Source: an uncultured Planctomycetota bacterium
GTDB lineage: Bacteria; Planctomycetota; PLA2; JAEUHO01
Reading direction: 5' to 3'
Assembly: GCA_963752285.1 (NCBI GenBank)
Contig: CAVVXN010000005.1
Location: 1,952,001-2,016,000, forward strand
Length of the DNA stretch: 64,000 nt
Within the stretch, counting starts at the first letter, position 1; every line of letters starts with the position of its first letter. Positions 40,728 to 49,393 of the stretch are shown piece by piece. Both the position numbers and the translations under genes were made by a program. The notes under the pieces are model-generated. The model was not told where the DNA came from, did no database searches, and saw only the letters and a list, made by a program, of their open reading frames with translations.

Positions 40728-40915
40728 CCCTCGTCGCGGGCTACGCCGACGTCCTCGGGATCGTCGTCGGCGTCGTGCTCTGCCTCTCGGGCCTCGGCCT
40801 CGTCCTCATGGGCGCGATCGGGATGGCGGACCGTCGGCTACGGCGCGGGGCGATGGGGATCGCGGCGGGCGCCGCGGTCGCGCTCCTCGGATTCTGGCTC
40901 GTCGGCGTCCTCTGA
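40724..40915 (+). CDS. small two-TM membrane protein (63 aa)
   Basis: GTGA overlap with the upstream stop; two hydrophobic helices. Confidence 0.55.
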   Translation: MTLVAGYADVLGIVVGVVLCLSGLGLVLMGAIGMADRRLRRGAMGIAAGAAVALLGFWLVGVL

Positions 40916-41013
40916 CACGTACGGAGTCGGGCAGTTTTCGACCACCGCCGTGACCTTCGCGTCGGCGCGATCACGAGGCACCCCGCCGCCGGGCGGAGAC
41001 TCGCGTCCGAGCG

Positions 41014-42294
41014 ATGAGCACGTCCGGGGGGCTGGGCCGGGACGCGGGAACGCGGGACGCACCGCGCGCCCCGGTGACCCCTCGCGTGCGACCGGCGGAG
41101 GGCGGAGACCCGCTGCCCCTCGAGTTCCACGTCGAGCGCCTGCTCGTGACGAAGCCCAAGGGCGTGGTCTGCCTCGTCGGCGGTCCGGGCTCCGGGAAGA
41201 CCACCGCGCTGGCCCACCTCGCCGCGGTGTTCGGACCCGATCGCCTCCGTCTGCTCGACGAGGGCGAGCACCCGCAACCCGACCCCGCCAGCATCCTCCT
41301 CGCCGTGGACGCGTCGTGGAGGCCGGAGAGGAATCCCGGGCTCTTGCGCCTCGCCCGGCGGTCCGGGGCCCGCTGGGGCGGGGTCGACCTCCGGGGCTGG
41401 GGCATGGAGAGGGCCAATCTGGAGCGGGCGGACCTCGAGGAGGCCCGACTCGACGGCGCGGCCGCCGTCGGCACGAACCTCCACGAGGCCGTGCTGCGTC
41501 GCGCCCACCTGGGCGGGATCGTCGCGAACGGGGCCGACCTCACGGGCGCCGACCTCTCCGGCGCGGACCTCCAGGGAGCTCGCCTGAGGGGCGCCCGGCT
41601 CGAAGACGCCGATCTCCGGGAGGCGAACCTCTCCGGCGCCGACCTGAGCCGCGCACGTCTCGCGCGCGCCCGCCTCGTCCGCGCGAGCCTCCGCAGGGCG
41701 GTCTTGAAGCACACGGAGATGGCCGGGGCGGACTTCACGACGGCCGACCTGTGCGGAGCCCAGGTCCTCGGGGTGCGCCTTTGCGAAGCCTGCTTCCGCG
41801 GCGCGATCTTCGCGGGAGCGCGGCTCGCCCGCTGCGACCTGGAGGGCATGGAGCTCGAGGTGCCGGACTTCGAACGCGCCTGCCTGGACGGCTCCCTGCT
41901 GACCGCGTGCGTGTTCCCCCGCGCGATCTTCCGCACCGCGATCCTGCGCAACACCGGGCTGGCCGACGTCGACTGGGAGGGCGCCGATCTCCGAGGCGCC
42001 GACGTGACCGGCGCGTCGTTTTGCCTGGGGTCCTCGCGCGACGGGCTCGTCTTCAGCCCGATCGCCTCCGAGGGCACTCGCACGGGCTTCTACACCGATG
42101 ACTACGACGAGCGGGGCTTCCAGGCTCCCGAGGAGATCCGCAAGGCGAACCTCCGTCGCTGCGACCTCCGCGGCGCGAAGGTCGAGGGCGCGGACTTCTA
42201 CCTCGTCGACCTCCGCGGCGCGCTCTACGACGCCCAGCAGGCGCGGCACTTCGCCCGCTGCGGCGCCATCCTCCGGGACCGCACGCTCCGCTGA
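41014..42294 (+). CDS. pentapeptide repeat protein with an N-terminal P-loop remnant
   Basis: GGPGSGKTT; many A(D/N)Lxx repeats. Confidence 0.88.
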   Translation: MSTSGGLGRDAGTRDAPRAPVTPRVRPAEGGDPLPLEFHVERLLVTKPKGVVCLVGGPGSGKTTALAHLAAVFGPDRLRLLDEGEHPQPDPASILLAVDASWRPERNPGLLRLARRSGARWGGVDLRGWGMERANLERADLEEARLDGAAAVGTNLHEAVLRRAHLGGIVANGADLTGADLSGADLQGARLRGARLEDADLREANLSGADLSRARLARARLVRASLRRAVLKHTEMAGADFTTADLCGAQVLGVRLCEACFRGAIFAGARLARCDLEGMELEVPDFERACLDGSLLTACVFPRAIFRTAILRNTGLADVDWEGADLRGADVTGASFCLGSSRDGLVFSPIASEGTRTGFYTDDYDERGFQAPEEIRKANLRRCDLRGAKVEGADFYLVDLRGALYDAQQARHFARCGAILRDRTLR

Positions 42295-42323
42295 CCGCGG
42301 CGACGCGACGCCTCCGTCGTGGG

Positions 42324-42623
42324 TCACCACCCGGAGGCGCGGTGGATCTCGAAGGACCCGACCCTCGTCGTCGCCGGGACGTCCGCGACCTCGACGCTCT
42401 CGACCTTCGCGGCCGGGGGGCCGTGCCGCGCCCACAGGAGGAGCTGGTCGACGTCCTTCGAAGGCCCCTCGGCCTCGAGCTCGACCGTCCCGTCGGCCCG
42501 GTTCCGAACCCAACCGGCGAGGCCGAGGCGCGTCGCCTCCGCCTGCGTCGATGCGCGGAAGCACACACCCTGGACGCGTCCGCGCACGACCGCGCGCACC
42601 CGTCGTCTCTCGACCTCGCCCAC
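42324..42623 (-). CDS. acyP: acylphosphatase
   Basis: VRGRVQGVCFR, GWVRNRADGTVE, GPPAAKV; GGGGAGG RBS. Confidence 0.93.
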   Translation of the reverse strand: MGEVERRRVRAVVRGRVQGVCFRASTQAEATRLGLAGWVRNRADGTVELEAEGPSKDVDQLLLWARHGPPAAKVESVEVADVPATTRVGSFEIHRASGW

Positions 42624-42643
42624 GTCGTGCCTCCCCGCGGAGC

Positions 42644-44071
42644 TCAACAATGGACCAGCTGGATCAGGCTCGTCGCGCCCGCGGGGTCACGGGCCCCGCC
42701 CATCACGGCCACGGCGCGCTCGCCCGCCTGGAGGGCGCCGCTCTCCCGCAGGTGCTCCACGACGTGCTGCACGATGACGTCGGTGTGCCGCGCGCCGTCG
42801 AGCAGCACGGTCCGAACGCCCCAGGCGAGCGCGAGGCGCCGCACGACGTCCGCGCTCGGTGCGAACGCGTGGATCCGGGCCGCCGGCCGCTCCTTCGAGA
42901 GACGCACGGCGCTGCTCCCCGTGCGCGTGAACACGACGATCGCCGCCGCGCCGGCCTCGCGCGCGAGGTCCACGGCCGCCCGCACGACGTGCTGGTCGGG
43001 ACGCCCCGGCCAGCGCGTCGGCGCGGGGAGGCTCCCGCGGCCCGCGTAGGGCGCCGAGGGGTCGGCCTCGGCGGCGGCCAGGATCCGCGCCATCGTCTCG
43101 ACGACGAGCACCGGGTGCTCGCCCACCGCGGTCTCGCCCGAGAGCATCACCGCGTCGGCTCCCTGGAAGACCGCGCCCGCGACGTCGCTCGCCTCGGCGC
43201 GCGTCGGGCGCAGGCGGTGCGTCATCGAGTCGAGCATCTCCGTCGCGACCACGGCGGGCTTGGCCCCGCGCCGCGCGGCGTCGAGCACGCGACGCTGGGC
43301 CGACGGCACGTTCTCGACCCCGACGTCGATCGCGAGGTCCCCGCGCGCGACGATGAGCGCGTCGGCGCGCTCGACGATGCGATCGAGGGCGTCGAGCGCC
43401 TCGCGCCGCTCGATCTTCGCGACCGCGAGGAGGCTTCGCCCGCCCGCCGTCACGAGGGCCTCCTTCAGCCGGCTCATGTCCTCCGCGGTACGTACGAAGG
43501 ACTGGGCGATCATGTCCACGCCGGCGGCGACGCCGACCCGGAGCAGGTCGCGGTCACGACCCGTCGGGACGGCGGCCGGGACCGAGACGCCGGAGAGATG
43601 CACGCCCATCCCCGTCCGGACCTCGCCGCCCTCGAGCACTTCGAGCGACAGGGCGTCGGGCTCCACGCGCTTCACGAGCAGGCGCTCCCGCCCGTCTCCG
43701 AGCTGCACCATGTCGCCGGCGCGGACCGCGCCGATCGTCTGGAGCGAGCGGACCGGGATGCGGTCGCCCCGGCTCGGTTCGGGCTCGGCGTCCAGGCGGA
43801 GGGTCTGGCCGGGCCGGATCTCGAACCGATCGCCCTCGACCTCGCCCACCCGGAGCTTCGGGCCGGGCAGGTCGAGGAGCACCCCGACCTCCCGCCCGGC
43901 TCGGGACGCGGCGCTCCGCACCCGCTCGACCCACTGGCCCACCTGCTCGTCCGTGACGAGCGCGCCGTTCACCCGGAACACGTCGGCCCCGGCCTCGACG
44001 AGGCCCTGGAGGACGGCCACGTCCTCCGTGGCGGGTCCGACGGTGCAGCAGATCTTCGTCCGGGGGTCCAT
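42644..44071 (-). CDS. pyk: pyruvate kinase
   Basis: TKICCTVGP, DLPGPKLR, AKIE, VARGDL, PTRAEASDV, MLSGETA. Confidence 0.95.
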   Translation of the reverse strand: MDPRTKICCTVGPATEDVAVLQGLVEAGADVFRVNGALVTDEQVGQWVERVRSAASRAGREVGVLLDLPGPKLRVGEVEGDRFEIRPGQTLRLDAEPEPSRGDRIPVRSLQTIGAVRAGDMVQLGDGRERLLVKRVEPDALSLEVLEGGEVRTGMGVHLSGVSVPAAVPTGRDRDLLRVGVAAGVDMIAQSFVRTAEDMSRLKEALVTAGGRSLLAVAKIERREALDALDRIVERADALIVARGDLAIDVGVENVPSAQRRVLDAARRGAKPAVVATEMLDSMTHRLRPTRAEASDVAGAVFQGADAVMLSGETAVGEHPVLVVETMARILAAAEADPSAPYAGRGSLPAPTRWPGRPDQHVVRAAVDLAREAGAAAIVVFTRTGSSAVRLSKERPAARIHAFAPSADVVRRLALAWGVRTVLLDGARHTDVIVQHVVEHLRESGALQAGERAVAVMGGARDPAGATSLIQLVHC

Positions 44072-44210
44072 CGCCGGCACCCTCCCACGAGCCACAGATC
44101 CGCGCGAGTGTACCGTCCGCGGGCCGCGGGCCTCGACACGCCGACGCAAAGTGGCCCGGGGCGCGCGGGGCCACGGTACGCTTGGCCGTTTCGACGCGAC
44201 TTCCACCTCC

Positions 44211-46028
44211 ATGCCGATCGACGCGCTCAGAAACGTCGCCGTGGTCGCCCACGTGGACCACGGCAAGACCACCCTGGTCGACCGCCTCCTCGTGACGGCC
44301 GGCGCCGTGGCGTCGTTGCCCGAGAACCAGGCGCTCCTGATGGACAGCAACGACCTGGAGCGCGAGCGCGGGATCACGATCTTCTCGAAGAACTGCGCGA
44401 TCGACTACCGCGGGGTCAAGATCAACCTGATCGACACGCCCGGTCACGCCGACTTCGGCGGCCAGGTGGAGCGCGTGCTGCGAATGGCCGACGCCGTCCT
44501 CCTGCTGGTGGACGCGTTCGAGGGCCCGCTCCCGCAGACCCGGTTCGTGCTGCGCAAGGCCCGCGAGGCGGGTCTCCGACCCCTCGTCGTGATCAACAAG
44601 GTCGACCGGAAGGACGCGCGCCCGCTCGAGGTGCTCGACCTCGTCTACGACTTGTTCATCGATCTCGGCGCCGACGAGCACGAGCTCGAGTTCCCGGTGG
44701 TCTACGCCTCCGGCCGCCAGGGCGTCTCCGGCCCCGCGCCCGATCAGCTCCAGCCGAACCTCCTCCCGGTCCTCGACGCGATCCTCGCGCACGTCCCGCC
44801 CCCGAGCGGCGACGCGGGCGGCACGACCGACCTCCCCGTCTGCGACGTGGACGTGGACCCGTACCTCGGACGCATCGCCGTGGGCCGCCTCGAGGGGGGC
44901 ACGCTGCGCTCCGGCGACAAGGTGCTCGTGCTGGGCCCCGACGGCGCGCGGAAGACCGTCGGGCCCGCGCAGCTCTTCGTCTTCCGGGGGATGGGCCGCG
45001 CGGGCGCCGACGAGATACGCGCCGGCGACATCGCCGCGGTCGCGGGCATGGAGGGCGTCGAGATCGGCGACACGCTGACCGACCCCGAGCGACCCGCCGC
45101 GCCGCGCCCGCTCCGGATCGAGAGCCCCACGCTCGCGATGGAGTTCCGCGTGAACGCCTCGCCGGTCGCCGGCCAGGAGGGGCGGTTCGTGACGTCGCGG
45201 CAGATTCGCGCGCGCCTCGACCGCGCCGCGCGCGCCGACGTGGCGCTCCAGGTGCTCGACGGCGACGAGCCGGACGGCTGGGAAGTCCGCGGACGCGGCA
45301 TCCTCCACCTCGGGATCCTCGTCGAGACGCTCCGGCGCGAGGGCTACGAGTTCGCCGTCGGTCGCCCGCGTGTCCTCTTCCACGAGACGGACGACGGACT
45401 GGAGGAGCCGATCGAGACGGTGAACGTGGAGGTCCCGCCGAACGACGCCGGGCGCGTGATCGAGATGCTCGGACGCCGGCGCGGCGAGCTGATCCACATG
45501 GAGACGCGCGGCGACCTGGCGTTCCTCGAGTTCGAGGTGCCCTCGCGCGGCCTGATCGGGCTCCGCTCGCGCCTGCTCAGCGCGACGCGCGGCGAGGCGG
45601 TGATCCACAGCGTGTTCAAGGCCTACGGCCCCCACCGCGGCGACATCCCCGCGCGGACCACGGGCAGCCTGATGGCCTCCGAGGGCGGTCGCGTGACCGC
45701 GTACGCGCTGAACGCCCTCGCGGACCGCGGCCCGTTCTTCGTGGACGCGGGAGAGGCGGTCTACGAGGGCCAGGTGGTCGGCGAGCACCGTCGCGACGAC
45801 GACGTGCTCGTGAACCCGTGCCGCCGCAAGCACCTCACGAACATGCGCGCGGCCGGCTCGGACGACAAGGCCGACTACGCCCCGCCGGTGCGCCTGGGCG
45901 TCGAGGCGTCGCTCGAGTTCCTCGCGAACGACGAGCTCCTCGAGGTGACGCCGCAGAGCCTCCGGCTGCGGAAGCGGCTCCTGAAGGAGGCCGACCGCCG
46001 CCGCGCGGCCCGCGCCGCGCGCACCTGA
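44211..46028 (+). CDS. typA: translational GTPase TypA/BipA
   Basis: [50 protein letters not shown]. Confidence 0.96.
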   Translation: MPIDALRNVAVVAHVDHGKTTLVDRLLVTAGAVASLPENQALLMDSNDLERERGITIFSKNCAIDYRGVKINLIDTPGHADFGGQVERVLRMADAVLLLVDAFEGPLPQTRFVLRKAREAGLRPLVVINKVDRKDARPLEVLDLVYDLFIDLGADEHELEFPVVYASGRQGVSGPAPDQLQPNLLPVLDAILAHVPPPSGDAGGTTDLPVCDVDVDPYLGRIAVGRLEGGTLRSGDKVLVLGPDGARKTVGPAQLFVFRGMGRAGADEIRAGDIAAVAGMEGVEIGDTLTDPERPAAPRPLRIESPTLAMEFRVNASPVAGQEGRFVTSRQIRARLDRAARADVALQVLDGDEPDGWEVRGRGILHLGILVETLRREGYEFAVGRPRVLFHETDDGLEEPIETVNVEVPPNDAGRVIEMLGRRRGELIHMETRGDLAFLEFEVPSRGLIGLRSRLLSATRGEAVIHSVFKAYGPHRGDIPARTTGSLMASEGGRVTAYALNALADRGPFFVDAGEAVYEGQVVGEHRRDDDVLVNPCRRKHLTNMRAAGSDDKADYAPPVRLGVEASLEFLANDELLEVTPQSLRLRKRLLKEADRRRAARAART

Positions 46029-46053
46029 GCCGCGGACTCTCGCGGACCCGTCG

Positions 46054-46896
46054 TCACTCGGCGGCGTCCTGCCATTGATCGTGGGTCGCGTGGCGGTCGA
46101 TGTACGCGACCGCCTTGTCCACGCTGTCGGTCAAGAGCCAGAGGTCGAGGTCGCGCTCGTCGATCGCCCCGGCCGCGAGCATCGACTGCTGCAGCCACTG
46201 TACGAGGCCCGCGTAGTACTCCTTGCCGAAGAGCACGAGCGGGACGCGTCGCGTCTTGCGCGTCTGGATGAGCGTCAACGCCTCGAAGAGCTCGTCCATC
46301 GTGCCGAAGCCGCCCGGCGAGATCACCACCGCCGACGCGAATTTCATGAACATCATCTTGCGCACGAAGAAGTACTTGAACTCCAGACCGACGTCGAGAT
46401 AGCGGTTGAGCTTCTGCTCGGCCGGCAGATTGATGCCGAGGCCGACGGAACGACCGCCGCCGCGACGCGCCCCCTTGTTGGCTGCCTCCATGATCCCGGG
46501 CCCGCCGCCCGTGACGATCGTGTACCCCTGCGCGGCGAGCGCGCGAGAGAGCTCGACGGTCGAGCCGTACGCGGGACTCGAGCGCGGCATCCGCGAGCTG
46601 CCGAAGATCGTGACCGCGCGCTCGATCCCGCGGAGCTCGTCCACGGCCTCGACGAACTCCGAGATGATCCGAAAGATGCGCCACATCTCCCGGGCGTCGC
46701 CGCCCTTGTCGATGGTCGGGTCCTCGCCCTTCCGGAGCACGCGCCCAACGTCCGTCGAGGCGCGGAGCACGCTGTCGCCGACGCCGGCCTTGAGCTGCGT
46801 GGCGCGGGCGCGCTCGGCGTCCGCGCCCCCGTCCGCGAGCGCCTCGGCGCCGGGGGTTCGACGGGGACGACGGCGGTTCTTCCGGGGCTCGGGCAT
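46054..46896 (-). CDS. LOG family (TIGR00730-type) nucleotide phosphoribohydrolase
   Basis: VTIFGSSR, TGGGPGIMEAAN, YFFVRK, PGGFGTMDE. Confidence 0.92.
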   Translation of the reverse strand: MPEPRKNRRRPRRTPGAEALADGGADAERARATQLKAGVGDSVLRASTDVGRVLRKGEDPTIDKGGDAREMWRIFRIISEFVEAVDELRGIERAVTIFGSSRMPRSSPAYGSTVELSRALAAQGYTIVTGGGPGIMEAANKGARRGGGRSVGLGINLPAEQKLNRYLDVGLEFKYFFVRKMMFMKFASAVVISPGGFGTMDELFEALTLIQTRKTRRVPLVLFGKEYYAGLVQWLQQSMLAAGAIDERDLDLWLLTDSVDKAVAYIDRHATHDQWQDAAE

Positions 46897-47235
46897 CGGG
46901 ACTCCGGGCGGGAGGGCTCGGACGGGTACGAGCGGGGCAGGATACCCGCCGCCCGCTCGCGCCCCGCGGCGGCGTTTCCTGGCGCGCCGACTCGTTACCG
47001 CGTCGTAGCGCCGGGCCGGGCGCGCCGCCGACAAGACACCGCGTCGATGGGGTCTCCCGGTCACAACCCCTTGGCAAGGCGCCACTTGACGCCGCATCCC
47101 CAGGATGACACCCTCTCGGGATGCCCCCCGCGGCGTGGCATCCGGGGTGCATGGTAGACCAACGCCTCCCCGGATCCCGCGAAGCGACTTCGCGGGGCGA
47201 GCAGTTGCGGTCCCACGAATCGGAGTCTTCCCTCC

Positions 47236-49323
47236 ATGAAGCGCATCGTCCTCACCGCCACCGGCGTCGTGCTCGCGATGGGCATCTTCGCCCTCCCGGC
47301 CCTCGCCCACGGTGGCCAGTTCCGCGGGCCGGGTGACGGCGTACCGCCCGGGCTGCGCGAGCCGTCGGATCCCACGCCGCCGCCGCCGCCGCCCCCGAGC
47401 GGTCCGCCGACGACGCCCACGCCCACCACACCGTCCTCGACGCCCACGCCGGCCACGCCGACGACGCCGACCACGGCGCCCCCGCCGACCACGACGCCGA
47501 CGTCGCCGACGCACCAGCCGAGGACGTCACAGCCGTCCTTCGAGGACTGGACGTTCTGGTACCACAACAACAAGGCGGACATCGAAGAGCTGAAGTCGCG
47601 TCTGTACAAGGTTCGCGGCTCGGACAACCCGCTGTTCCACACGGGCGACGAGACCGACTCGGGCCGCACGGCCGCGACCCGCATGACGCAGAAGAAGGTC
47701 CAGGACGCCATCATCCCGGCCCTCCTCTGGGCCATGGACCCGAAGAACTCCGGCTACCAGGACACCGAGTCGGCGGCGTACATCGCGCTGGCGAAGGTCG
47801 CGACCGACCTCGAGCAGATCAAGCTCATCGAGGACGGCCTCGACAAGGACAAGAAGCACGACGTGATCGTGCAGGAGTCCGCCGCGCTCGCGCTCGGTCT
47901 GTTGCGCCGCGCCGATCCCGCCAAGCAGTTCACCGCCCGCGACCTCGACAACGTGCGGACGTTCCTCTTCAAGGTCTTCGAGGACAAGGACTACAAGACG
48001 CGCACGCGTGGCTTCGCCGTCGTCGCGATCGGGCTCCTCGGCGACCAGCCCACCGGATCGGGTGACTACGCGAACGACGTCGATGCGGCTGCCCGCGCCA
48101 CGACGAAGCACCTCTTCGACCTGCTGCAGGAGAAGTACGCCGACGAGAACCTGGCCGTCGGCCTCCTGATGGCCATCGGCCTCCAGCCCCACACGTCGGT
48201 AGACAAGGACCAGCGCGACGCGCTGGCCGAGGCCGCCGTCAAGGGCCGGCTCTACAAGGACAACGTCAGCGAGCTGACGCGGGCCTACGCCGCGCACACC
48301 CTGGGACAGATCGGCACGATCACGGACATCAAGGTCCTCGAGACCGTGCTCACCACGCGCCGGGGGATGGGCAAGAACATCCAGCGTTCGGCCGCGATCG
48401 GCCTCGGCCTCCTCGGCCGTCTGGTCAGCGGGTCGGACCGCGTGGACACGGCCAAGATCCTTCTCGACACGGTGAAGAAGTCGAAGGACCCGAGCACGAC
48501 CAACTTCGGGATCATCAGCCTCGCGTACCTCATCATCGACGACATCCAGACGCAGACCACCGACGTGGTCGGCAACACGACCGCCGACGAGAAGCTGCTC
48601 GAGCTCGCGGAGAAGGGCAATTACATGGAGCGGCCGTTCGGCGCGCTCGCCCTCGCGCTGATCCTCCGCGCGATGCCCGACGACCTCGAGATCGACCGCT
48701 ACCAGCAGTTCAAGGAGGAAGCGCTCAAGGTCCTCCGCGCGGGCGTCGCCGAGGGCAAGGGCGACAAGAAGACGCAGGCCGCGTTCTGCACCGCCGTCGG
48801 GATCGCCCACGACGACCGCAGCCGCGAGGCCCTCCGTCAGATCGTCGACGACAAGAAGGAAGACAAGATGCTCCGCGGCTACGCGTGCCTCGGGCTCGGT
48901 CTGATCGGCCTCCCGACCAAGGAGATCACGCAGTCGATCGCCGACGCGATGCGTGAGAGGTCCTCGGAGGACCTGCGGCGCCAGTCCGCGGTGGCCCTCG
49001 GCCTGCTCGGCCCGACCACCGTCGGCGGCACCGGCAAGACCGCGATCGAGCTCCTGCTCGAGGAGCTGAAGGAGGCGAAGAGCCAGGCCCACAAGGGTCA
49101 GGTCGTCCTCGCGCTCGCCAGCATCGGCAACGAGAAGGCCGTGGACCCGCTCGTCGAGATCCTGAAGAGCAAGAGCGAGCAGGACCTCACGCGCGCCCTC
49201 GCGTGCGCGGGCCTCGGCCTCATCGGGGACCTCGAGTGGATCCCCTCGCTCGCCCGCGCGAGCACCAACGTGAACTACCGCGCGTCCACCGACCTGGTGA
49301 ACGAGCTGCTCTCCATCCTGTAG
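47236..49323 (+). CDS. secreted HEAT repeat protein with a Pro/Thr linker
   Basis: signal peptide ALA-HGGQFRGP, PT-rich linker, repeated SAALALGLL/SAAIGLGLL helices. Confidence 0.82.
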   Translation: MKRIVLTATGVVLAMGIFALPALAHGGQFRGPGDGVPPGLREPSDPTPPPPPPPSGPPTTPTPTTPSSTPTPATPTTPTTAPPPTTTPTSPTHQPRTSQPSFEDWTFWYHNNKADIEELKSRLYKVRGSDNPLFHTGDETDSGRTAATRMTQKKVQDAIIPALLWAMDPKNSGYQDTESAAYIALAKVATDLEQIKLIEDGLDKDKKHDVIVQESAALALGLLRRADPAKQFTARDLDNVRTFLFKVFEDKDYKTRTRGFAVVAIGLLGDQPTGSGDYANDVDAAARATTKHLFDLLQEKYADENLAVGLLMAIGLQPHTSVDKDQRDALAEAAVKGRLYKDNVSELTRAYAAHTLGQIGTITDIKVLETVLTTRRGMGKNIQRSAAIGLGLLGRLVSGSDRVDTAKILLDTVKKSKDPSTTNFGIISLAYLIIDDIQTQTTDVVGNTTADEKLLELAEKGNYMERPFGALALALILRAMPDDLEIDRYQQFKEEALKVLRAGVAEGKGDKKTQAAFCTAVGIAHDDRSREALRQIVDDKKEDKMLRGYACLGLGLIGLPTKEITQSIADAMRERSSEDLRRQSAVALGLLGPTTVGGTGKTAIELLLEELKEAKSQAHKGQVVLALASIGNEKAVDPLVEILKSKSEQDLTRALACAGLGLIGDLEWIPSLARASTNVNYRASTDLVNELLSIL

Positions 49324-49343
49324 ACGGGAGAGCGCCCTTCCTG

Positions 49344-49378
49344 GACCGGCCGGCCTTCCGCGAGGGAGGCCGGCCGGT
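49344..49378. terminator. hairpin between convergent genes
   Basis: ACCGGCCGGCCTTCC-GCGA-GGGAGGCCGGCCGGT stem-loop with GNRA loop. Confidence 0.7.
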
Positions 49379-49393
49379 TCTCGTAGCGGGGGG

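Noticed and set aside
47084..47115. Sigma70 promoter at TTGACG upstream of the HEAT gene
   Set aside because: There is no convincing -10 at the right spacing.
47370..47520. Short tandem repeats (CCG/ACG runs)
   Set aside because: They are explained by the Pro/Thr linker of the encoded protein.
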